A stretch of DNA of 64,000 nt from Nemertoderma westbladi. Taxonomy: Eukaryota; Animalia; Xenacoelomorpha. The notes under the pieces were generated by a model, which ran no database searches, was not told the origin of the DNA, and worked only from the letters and a program-made list of their open reading frames with translations. The stretch is from assembly GCA_032718475.1 (NCBI GenBank), contig JAUCBJ010008354.1:125041-189040 (forward strand), written 5' to 3'. The position numbers were made by a program, and so were the translations under genes. Within the stretch, counting starts at the first letter, position 1. Every line of letters starts with the position of its first letter. Positions 24,538-35,617 of this stretch are shown here, piece after piece.

Positions 24538-25773
24538 TGTTCGCGCTTTCAGACCTTTGGCAGTTTAACCCGCCAAATTAGGATGTCTTCTAGATAATCA
24601 ATCGCTTTTAGCCTCTGACAAGTATTTGATTCACTACACTAGTCGAAACCAATCTGTGCGCGATCATTCACCCGCTGGATATACCCGGGAGATTGGGTTC
24701 GACGGCTTAATCTTATTGCTATGTAAGCCTAATGTATTATTCGACTGACAGTATTATATAATCTCTGACAATATTATTCACCTTCGGGGAATATTAACAG
24801 TTCCTTTAGGACGTGGCGCTCTATCTATATAAACAGAGTTATGACTTAAACTACTCACAACGATATGGCTTAGTTATAATTCACATATATGGCGCATTCT
24901 TTAGGAAATGCTTCGTTATCAGTCTCACTCATACACAATGCTGCACAATACTGCACACTAATCTGCCGATCTTCACTGATTTTAGTCACATATAAAAGGA
25001 ACACAGACCGACTCATGTAGGGTCTATCAAATAACATTAGATTCACTTCAAACCACTTTAACATAAGTCACAATCGTTATATGTAACCTGTCTCTCTTAC
25101 CTTCTGTATATCAAGAATATTGGGTTTTCGGGGTTATTTATCGTTATTCCAAATATAATAATTCATCAACCATATTATGAAGAACCGACAGTAAATAGCA
25201 GTATAACAATATAAAAGTATGCACAGGTATATTAGATTAGGTATGTTGCGTTGATTGAGTATGGGCCAGTTAACCAGTGTGGTTGGTTGGTTTGTTTGAT
25301 AACGGATATATGTCCTTATAATTAAGCCTACTAGTGTTAGGCTAAAACAGAAAAGCACAAAATATTCCAAAGCCGCTCTCTCCTGGCTCAGGACAGAATG
25401 TAAACACTGCCCATAAATGCATTGCGTGATTTCTAGGAAATTTCTGTACAAGAGCCATAAAAATGCTCTGATTGGCTGACTGAACTGAGAGACGCCGTAG
25501 AACAAAGAAAATCGACACGTATGAATATCAGCTGTTAACCGTCGTCATAGTAACTACTGTTCAAGAGTAGCTATCACCTTTTGCGTCACGGAATTGCCAT
25601 AGAATCATCAACTATGCCTTCCACAGTACACATACGGAGGAAATAGCTCTTAGATCCTCTAAAAAACACCGATACAGCAATAATACGGTCTCTTACACCT
25701 ATTAAATCAACTACAGAGTATTTTAATGTAAAAATAATAAAAATAACGGGGCAATTCAGCAAAGGCTTTTACA
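24538..25773 (-). repeat. 5' LTR of copy 1
   Basis: Element strand TGTAAAAGCC...GCGCGAACA; contains GCCAATCAG and TTATAA. Confidence 0.97.
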
Positions 25774-25778
25774 ATATC

Positions 25779-26446
25779 AGAGAAAGAGATAACTATTTTG
25801 TATAAATTTAGGAAATACCGTGTTTTAGCTGATTATAATAATTACTGCAAATATAGAAACCTTGTCCAACGGGAAATAAAAAAAGCTAAATCTGAATATT
25901 TGTACAACAAAATAAGTGAGAATAAAGATAATCCAAAAAGTCTATGGTCTACCCTAAAATCTTTAGGTTATAAAAACCTTAAATCTAAATCGAATATTGT
26001 TCTGCAAGATAACGGTGAGCTGATTCATGATCATACTCTAGTTAGTAATTTATTTAATAATTATTTTACTAATGTTGCCTCTAATTTAGTTAAGAAATTA
26101 CCGTTATCAAGTAATAAATATAGTATAGGGTCCGAAACTCTAAATAATTTTTATTTAGAAAAGTTACAAAATTCAGAAAAGTTATTTTTAAAACTAGATC
26201 TAATACCTGCCCGTTTTCTTAAGGATGGTGCTGAAGTACTTAAAGTGCCTATTACTTTTATTATTAATTACTCTATCGTAGATAATGTAGTACCAGACGA
26301 ACTGAAATTAGCTAAGGTTGTTCCTCTGTATAAAAAGAATAGTAAAGTAGAACCCTGTAATTACAGACCTGTTAGTATCTTAAGTATTGTATCTAAAATT
26401 CTAGAACGTTCTGTTTTTCTACAGCTGGAGGCACATCTTAGTAGGC
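25779..26446 (+). pseudogene. LINE fragment 2 (pre-RT and RT N-terminus)
   Basis: YCKYRNLV, NPKSLWSTLK, FNNYFTNV, LDLIPARFLKD, AKVVPLYKK, NYRPVSILSIVSKILER; continues WMTSGILSNI|RERD across copy 1. Confidence 0.92.
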
Positions 26447-27679
26447 TGTACGCGCTTTTGAAGAACTTTAGCAGTTTAACCTGCCAAAATTTATATGTCT
26501 TTTGGTTTACAAATAGACTTTAGAAGTTGACAAATATTTAATACCAATAAACACAACATTAGCAGAAGCCAGCCTAGTGCGCGTCCATTCACCCGCTGGA
26601 TATACCCGGGAGACTGGATTCTGAGGGCTTAGATTATTATTGCAGTGTAAGCTTACTGTATTATTCGATTGATCGTTAATAAATAATTTCTGACTAATAT
26701 TATTCACTTTCGGGAAATATTAACAGTTCCTTTAGGACGTGGCGCTCTATCTAGGTAAACAGAGATATGACTTATACTAATCACAACGGTAAGTCGGTAA
26801 GGCTTATGATTCACGTATGAGGCGCATTCTTTAGGAAATGCTTAGTTATCAGCCACAATCATGCACGCTACCGGTAACACACAATACTGCTCACTAATTT
26901 GCCGACCGTCAATGAATTTTATCATATATAAAGAGAACAGCAACGGACCCATGTAGTGCTTATCAAATAGCATTAAATTCACTACAAACCACAACAATAT
27001 AAGTCGCAATCGCTATATATAACCCATCTCTCTAACCTGTAGTGTATCAAGAAAATTGGGAAATTTGGGTTCTTTATAAATGTTCTCCAAATAATAATAT
27101 TCAACCAAAACACAACAGTAAATAGCATTAAGACGGTAGGTTAAGATGGTAACACTGTTTGACTGGACCGATAACAGTTATACGCTCTATAATCTTAAGC
27201 CTACTAATGTTTCTTCTAAAGTCTGAAACGAATTGACTCTAGAGCCGGTGTTCCTGGCCTGGATAGAAGGAACATAACAGTATCACAAAAACAGTAAGAC
27301 TGAACACTCCTAGTATGATCGGCCGAATATCTCCACAACGACAGAAAAAATCGCTCTGATTGGCTTAAGCTAAACAAAGAACCATGTGTCCAATGGCCGT
27401 TTCCATGTCAGCAACCAGCTGTTAGATGTCGTAATCTGAATCATCAAGGCTAAGCTGTGTAAAGGTATTTGGTACATTGCGGGTTTTTTGCCTCACCGTG
27501 TCCGCCAAAACACGTATATAGAAGAATGACTTTTATGTCCGTTAAAACACCTATAACGGTACCTTGCGGGCGAGGGGAATATATATATAGTTAGAGAGCC
27601 TTTTAGAGTATTCCAGCGCCTGGGGGGAAACTGGATTGCGAAGCAAAAGGGCCAGTTATATCCCACAGAAGCTTTTACA
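26447..27679 (-). repeat. 3' LTR of copy 2
   Basis: Direct repeat of 49260-50492 (offset 22813). Confidence 0.95.
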
Positions 27680-27757
27680 CCGCTCCCAGAAAATGGGATT
27701 TGAGTCTATAAAATATACAAAATCACAGTTTCTAATATACGTAAATACTCTAAACAG

Positions 27758-29208
27758 TTAGTCTTTCTTGCGCGGACGGCGTTTACGCAGTTTTTTAAAG
27801 CTAGCCAGAGTCCTTTTCTCTTTGGGGCAAGCCACTTTACAAGGAGGGCTATAACTCCTGGGTGAAGGGTGCAATATGATTGCATCAGAGGGTGTAGGAT
27901 TATGGTCGGTGTATCCGCCAATCGAAGTACCGGGTTGATTGACATCAACGTCAGGGGAGAGGGTTCTAACGGCTTTGAGAGCTCGTTTCAAGACAGCCGC
28001 TCTTATGGGTCCTTTACGAGTGGTCTGAACGAGAGCCGTGGGTGGACCATAGGCAGTTCGAAACCTCCGGGGTTTAACGGTTCTTTCCAACTCGCGTTCG
28101 CGGGCTCGGTATTCGTAAGGCCGTCGATATACTTCCTGTAACTCGGGGTGTGAGTTAACAAATAAGTCTCCATAGTCCGGATCCTGACGGATATAATTGA
28201 TTAAGTTATAAGAATGAAGGTCGCTAGGATTAACACTCCTGAGAAATTTGCGTACGAACTTGGTTGAAATACATTCTCCGACGCGCTTCAGTAGTTCGTA
28301 ACTCGATATGCGTGATTTCTGTTCGACAGAAGCGAATAGATAAGGATGGAACGCATAAACTCCTTCGTAAGCGCGTCCAGGATACTAGCGATGGCGCGAA
28401 TCACAATGTAAATCAGTGTTCGCTTCCCAAGCTCTGATGTAACGTAGTGTGATCATTTCATCTACGCTTTCCAAATCATGATTAACAGGGCAATCGAAAC
28501 TGGCGTGTCCCTTTTAGTTGACAATGGTGACATTGAGTCATAAATTGAGGGCAAACCGCAAAAATGTGCAAGTTATTGAGTCTGCAATACGCGCAATAAA
28601 TTTCCATCGCCGGTTGTTTGTGGAAATAGGAACAGCGGACGTTTGTGTCCATGGGCGTATCATGGTCTCTCGATGCGCATAACCGACAACATTGCCTAGA
28701 AACATAGTTGGCATGTCGATAATCGTACGCAGTGAGACACTGTGGACCTTGATACCATTCTATGATGTAATCGTTGTCGCTGTTCCGGGGCGCGATAGGC
28801 TGAATCTCCTCAGATTCTAGACATATTGGTTCGTCTTCCCAGTCTGTTACGAATAGAATTTTCGTGATCTATTCTCGGTTTATCGTTACGACTCCGCTGG
28901 GTATGATATTTAAATAGAATCATTTCCCTTTCGGTGTCTACATCGTCCGTATCATGTAAATCGATAGGATGGCCGGTAGTTAGGAAGTGCATATACGTAC
29001 TATTACGATGCGTATAGTGAGCGGTGAATTTTCGATAGTCCAATTCACGCGTAAGTTGCTCTTGGGACATCGGTGGTTCGATATAACGACCATCGTCCTC
29101 CGTAATGGTTGGATCGGTTTCACCGCGTATCAAGCTATCCACAAATGCTTGTAAAGGTAGAGTATATCGCTCCCTGATACCAAGATCATCTTCTATCAAC
29201 TCCGTCAT
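27758..29208 (-). pseudogene. Accessory zinc-knuckle ORF of copy 2, deleted and frameshifted
   Basis: Same MTELIEDDLGIRERY start and KKLRKRRPRKKD end as copy 1. Confidence 0.8.
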
Positions 29209-30838
29209 ATCTGCTATCTGAGTTTATTAATATTATAATAAGTTTATGTTTAGGCGAGCGGGCGTCGCTGCCTACCTTTCTTTGCCCCCGGACAGTGGGA
29301 TTCTCAGTGCCGATGTACCGTCGTCGCGGTGTTTACGCCAACATGTAGCAACAGCACGACAACGATAACCGGCACAAGTCACTCCACTGTCCGTCCCAAA
29401 GGCTTGAATCCACTTTAGGTTCTTTCTATAGGAGAGTTGGGCTACTTTCACAATTGCGACTAGCTACTGTAAACACACCTTAGCAGTAACATTCCCCTAC
29501 AAACGCACAAATTCCACACAACTGTCACCAATTGTACACATACAGGCCATTTGTCCGTTAGTCAGTGCCTTCCAGAATGTCACGTTATTACTGTGTATCC
29601 TTGGATACTAACAGTGTGCTATGTATTCTCTATGCTATGCAATGGGACAAGCTTTCTGTTGTTCTTTTAACTTGCTTCTAATTCTAGCGTGGGTGTTGCT
29701 ATGGTGACATTATGGAATGCTAGCGGTAGAATTAGGGTAATTCTCATGCATACAGATCTGGGATGCTATTTAATAATAATTCTTTAATTGTCAATATCCT
29801 CTTTATGCATGATTTTATTAATTTTATCGGCTATTGACTATATGTTGGAGATTCTCGCACTCTAATACACTCAATAGGATGAATCTCCGCTCCCATGATC
29901 TATTAATTAATGGAATTTTGGGAATGTTATAAATTGCGCAAAAATGACAATTTATGAAATTCATTTAAAATATGAATTTAAATTTATTCCCGTGAATTTT
30001 ATTATTTGATGTTAAGATTGACACAATTTTTATTCCAGAGCATGTCTGGGGACTGAGGATCCTTAATTCTAGAAAATTGCCTTTTAAGAGTATCGGTAAG
30101 TGCTGCGATATCTTAATTGACTAGAAATTTAAAGGATCTGAATTTTACAGATTTTACTAAATATTAAATTAATATTTAAGATGGGCACCGATTTATTCCA
30201 GAACTTGTCTGGGGACGTTAACCACTGATTCTAGAATTTGTCTTTCAAGTATATCGGTGGGTGCCGCGATATCTTAATCGACTAGAATTACAGATGGCCA
30301 AAAGGTTTAACAGATTTATTTGCGTTTTACGCTACTGTTATATGGACATCACGCTACTATATGTATTATTTAATATAAGGTAGAAGAGCAATATCGCACG
30401 AAGCAATGTCAGTGTGAAGAGGCAAGTCGTTTCCAAGGTCTACCCAGAGCTTGGTTTAGCCGAGACACGAGGATCTGAACTTTGCATTCCTAATACTCTG
30501 CCTACCAATAATACCTGAATATAGTAGTGGCTTTATTGTACTTTAATAAGTACGGACATTTCATCTTACTGTAGTCACGTATTTATAATATGATACGGAC
30601 AGTAAGGAAAGAGAAAAAATAATTATTTCTCGCCGTCGCACTAAATATATTATAAGTAATTACGTACGTAGTAAACACTAATATATTGCACTAATCTACT
30701 AAATAATCACTAAAATAACATTTTACTAAAATAAAATTAAAGGAAACGATTATAATAAAATTACATAATAATACATACATAAATATAAAATAAAAACAAA
30801 TATAAAATGATATAGTCACACGCCCACTCCATATGTTA

Positions 30839-32145
30839 TTACGTTATGGAGTCCCTAGATATTTGTCGAATTAGGGAAGTGGTCGTAGGAAGAGTATCTT
30901 GCCTTCCATAGTTTCCGGACAGTTTTCAGTCTCTTTCCAGTAAACATAAACGACTAGCTGGGCGATTTAGTTGTTGTGTTACTTTCTCCGCTCCCTTGGC
31001 CTGTCTAATCTTCACCGGGGTAAGATGAGGAGGCCATTCTTCTTCTTCTTTACTTAAGAAGTCGGATCCACCTAACCAGCCTGGATTATCTATCAGTTCT
31101 TGAGGAGTTGCTCCTCTGGAAGCGATGTCGGCTGGATTAATCGTCCCAAGGCAATGTCTCCATTGATCTACATTGGAGTTAATATCGTCATTATCTGAGG
31201 AGTATGGTGTTCCCTCAGTTGGATCGTCCACATCACTGCTCTCCACTTCCCATTCCTTTACTTGGTATACCTGTTGTTGAGGTAATCTCTCTTTGAGAGT
31301 TCTACGGGAAGGGCCAGTGAAGTACCAACCTACTCTAGTTCTTACCGCATAGGTTTGCAGTGGCTGCGGTTGAGCAGGCCGTTTCTCCAATGTCTCGAGC
31401 GCCTCATGCGCGTTTTGGCCAATGAGTATTTGCACTCCAGAATAATCTGTCTGGAATCGAGGTATCTTAAGATGTTGGATGCTCTCATCCTCGTCCCAAT
31501 TATAAAGGTCTGCTTGGGTAGTAGCGAAGTTCTTTATAGCCACCATTTTTACCGACCTTATCCCTTGTGCTCCTAATTTATCCTGGGGGGTGGACAACAC
31601 ACCTACATAGTAGTCTGCCGTTAGGGTAGATTTCCAAACCTGCATAATTCCTGACATATTCAATTTAGTCCGGAATTTGGGTTGTCCAGCAAAGATATCT
31701 TCGGCTAGTTCTTGATCGATGAATGTTCCTGTGCTGCCGGAGTCAAGGAGGGCGTTCACTATGTAACTTTTGTTAGGACCATGAACTCTTACCTGCACTA
31801 CAGGAAATTCTCTGATTCCTACGTTGGAAGTTGGAGCTTTCCAAGATGGTTGTCTGGCAAAAGTAGTTGGGGGGAACTCATTGTCGGTGTCCTTTTCATA
31901 AGTAAGTGCTCGATACACTGAAGTATTTATTAGGTAACAGGATTCGTTGGCGTCAGAGAATTCGTCAGTATAGAATCCTTCCATCTCAGACTCTTGATCA
32001 GTGTCATTTACATCACTGAATTGGACATGTAGTTCGGGCTCACTTACCTGACTCGGGTTGTCTCGTTCGAATTCACTGCGTAACAAGATGTGATGTTTCG
32101 CACCGCACTTTGCACACTTTACTTCGGAGTAACAGGTTCGCCGTT
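30839..32145 (-). pseudogene. Copy 2 gag end, protease and fused pol remnants
   Basis: ALLDSGS; DINSNVDQWRHCLGTINPAD...GAEKV|TQQLNRP. Confidence 0.88.
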
Positions 32146-33380
32146 AGTAAAAGCTTCTGTGGGATATAACTGGCCCCTTTTGCTTCGCAATCCAGTTTCC
32201 CCCCAGGCGCTGGAATACACTCAAAGGCTCTCTAACTATATATATATTCCCCTTGCCCGCAAGGTACCGTTACAGGTGTTTTAACGGACATAAAAGTCAT
32301 TCTTCTATATACGTGTTTTGGCGGACATGGTAAGGCAAAAAACCAGCAATGCACCAAATACCTTTACACAGCTTAGCCTTGATGATTCATATTACGACAT
32401 CTAACAGCTGGTTGCTGACATGGGAACAGCCATTGGACACATGGTTCTTTGTTTAGCTTAAGCCAATCAGAGCGATTTTTTCTGTCGATGTGGAGGTATT
32501 CGGCCGATCATAATAGGAGTGTTCAGTCTTACTGTTTTTTCTTGATACGGTTGTGTTCCTTCTATCTAGGCCAGGAACACCGGCTCTAGAGTCAATTCGT
32601 TTCAGACTTTAGAAGAAACATTAGTAGGCTTAAGATTATAGAGCGTATAACTGTTATCGGTCCAGTCAAACAGTGTTACCATCTTAACCTACCGTCTTAA
32701 TGCTATTTACTGTTGTGTTTTGGTTGAATATTGTTATTTGGAGAACATATATAAAGAACCCAAATTTCCCAATTTTCTTGATACACTACAGGTTAGAGAG
32801 ACGGGTTATATATAGCGATTGCGACTTATATTATTGTGTATGTAGTTAATTTAATGCTATTTGATAAGCACTACATTGGTCCGTTGCTGTTCTCTTTATA
32901 TATGATAAAAATCATTGACGGTCGGCAAATTAGTGGGCAGTATTGTGTGTTACCGGTAGTGTGCATGATTGTGACTGATAACTAAGCATTTCCTAAAGAA
33001 TGCGCCTCATACGTGAATCATAAGCCTTACCGACTTACCATTGTGATTAGTATAAGTCATATCTCTGTTTAACTAGATAGAGCGCCACGTCCTAAAGGAA
33101 CTGTTAATATTTCCCGAAAGTGAATAATATTGGTCAGAAATTATTTATTAACGATCAATCGAATAATACAGTAAGCTTACACTGCAATAATAATCTAAGC
33201 CCTCAGAATCCAGTCTCCCGGGTATATCCAGCGGGTGAATGGACGCGCACTAGGCTGGCTTCTGCTAATGTTGTGTTTATTGGTATTAAATATTTGTCAT
33301 CTTCTAAAGTCTATTTATAAACCAAAAGACATATAAATTTTGGCAGGTTAAACTGCTAAAGGTCTTCAAAAGCGCGTACA
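32146..33380 (+). repeat. 5' LTR of copy 3
   Basis: Direct repeat of 43398-44632 (offset 11252). Confidence 0.95.
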
Positions 33381-33391
33381 ATAACAGTTAT
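33381..33391 (+). promoter_or_regulatory. PBS-position sequence of copy 3 (ATAACAGTTAT)
   Basis: Exact reverse complement of LTR site ATAACTGTTAT at 32647-32657. Confidence 0.7.
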
Positions 33392-35617
33392 TGACTTTAT
33401 TGCAGTAAACAATAAAGTTGAAAGTACCGGTCGACCGTTAAACCTGAACCGGTACATCTGTAGGTCAGTAGGCCCAACTGCCAGAACCGGTACTGCTGTA
33501 GGTCCGTAGGTCCAACTGCCAGAACCGGTACTTCTGTAGGTCCGTAGGCCCAACTGTCCTAACCGGTACTTCCAGTATAAGTACATTAGTATTATTTCGA
33601 TTGTGATCTATTGTATATTGTAGGCTGTCAGGGGAATAGGGATTGATCACCCCTCATTCTTTTGTATAGTTTACTTATTTCTGTCAGTTTTATTTCCTAG
33701 TAAGTTAATATTGAGCTGAAGACGTGTAAGTCTGCTCAGATTGTTCAGATAATTGTAGGCCGGACTGTTGTCGGATTGTTGTTGGGTTTGGAGAGATTAC
33801 GGCGTGTGTAGAGTTTGTCCGATAGAGTGCCAGTTAGTAAGTTGGGGCAGCCATAGCTGTAAGGTCAATCCCCTCTTAAAGAATAAGTCGTACTACCGTG
33901 TTAGAACGCATACTAACTAACAATTTTGGAATCTGCACATACTGTAGTTTATTTAGGCTTGACAGTATTCTGCCAGCGTTTTGGCCTGTGTTTGTTTGTG
34001 TGGTCTGTTCAGGTACCGTAATAGTTATTACTCAGATATTTTGTAGGCTGGATTGTTGTCTAGCTATTATTAGGTCTGAAGAGATTGCTGCGTGTGTAGA
34101 GTTTGTCTGATAAAGTGCCAGTTAGTAAGTTGGGGCAGCCATAGCTGTAAGGTCAATCCCCTCTTAAAGAATAAGTCGTACTACCGTGTTAGAACGCATA
34201 CTAACTAAACATTTCGGAATCTACACGTACGGTAGTTTATTTAGGCTTGGTGGTAGTCTGCCAGCGTTTGGTTTGTATTTTGTTTGAGTATTCTGTACGG
34301 GTAGCGTAATATTTATTATTCAGAGTTTATGCGATTATTCGCAACATTCATGTCCCCAAGTTTATTCCTACAGTAATTGTGTTTGTTACACATACCGTTA
34401 TAGTTAAATTAACCCCGGTACTACACGGGCTGCTTGGCGTAGGACAAGACTGGTGACTTTGTGCTTCGGTCACTCCAGCAGATGCCGTGGTTCTTTTAAC
34501 TGTTCAAGTATATTTAACTACTGATTATTTGTTGTACCAGTACTTGTACCTAATTTAGGGTTTAGTGTACAGTGCTTTCCGAGGTAATTAGTGTGTAGGC
34601 AGTATATTTGTGTTGTAAAGTGGTTAATAGGCACGCTGGATCTGGTAGTCCGCGGTAATTAACTTCCAGGTAGGAACACTCCGTGATACATAACGTAGTA
34701 CCTATAGCAATACGGCTATAGGTCGTCAGGCGGTGGTATTTTCCTATCTGGACAGTGCAATATATTTACTACTACTTATTATTTTCAAATACCGTAGTAC
34801 CCTGTCCGTTGTAATAACCAGTATTCTAACCCTTTGTTAGACTGGTTTGTAGACTTCCTGTAAAATTACCCTAAAAATTTCGTACGTAATATTTTTGTTG
34901 TGTTTAATTAGAGATTTAATCTCACCCGTATCGTAAGTAATTTGTAGTATTAAGTAACTTAGGTAAATTAGAATTATCTGTTTTAGTGTCCCATAGGTAG
35001 CACTTCACTGAGAGCGCACAGCTTCTGTGTAGTGACTCCCCCAGAAATAATAACATTTATTTCAAATATTGACAAAAAACCCATTTTTTAGGGTATATAT
35101 TTATTATAAATCAACTCAAACGATTTATAAATAGTAGGCCTGCCATACAACAACTAGGTCTCAATATCAGTTGGACTACTGCTTAAATAGCGGTAATAAA
35201 GTAAGTTAAAGTAACTAAGTAACCCTAAAATATTCAGAAATTCAATTATTCTAAAATAATTGACATACCGGTATTTACCATAGGCTTATTATATTTATTT
35301 CTATAAATTTGAGCTAAAATCATACCGGTATTCTGTAATTAATTCTAGTTCATAATTATACTTATATATACTATAAGTGTAAGCTGTATATCGGTATTCA
35401 CGATAGGCCTATTATATATGTATATATATTTGTGCTAAATTTATATACCGGTACTCTGTGACAAAACAAGTTTACAATACTTATATATATTATAAGTGCA
35501 TACCGGTATTCTAATATATTGCAATAAATTACCGGTACTAGGCCAACGGTCATACTGAATTACTAGACTTGCTTTAACTGTAACTATAGCAGTAAGTATT
35601 CAACTGTGTAGCTAAAC

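Larger units (their letters stand above)
9121..25773 (-). mobile_element. BEL/Pao LTR retrotransposon copy 1 (LTR type A), full length
   Basis: 1236-bp TG...CA LTRs; TSD ATATC at 9116-9120 and 25774-25778; gag-PR-RT-RH-IN domain order. Confidence 0.97.
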
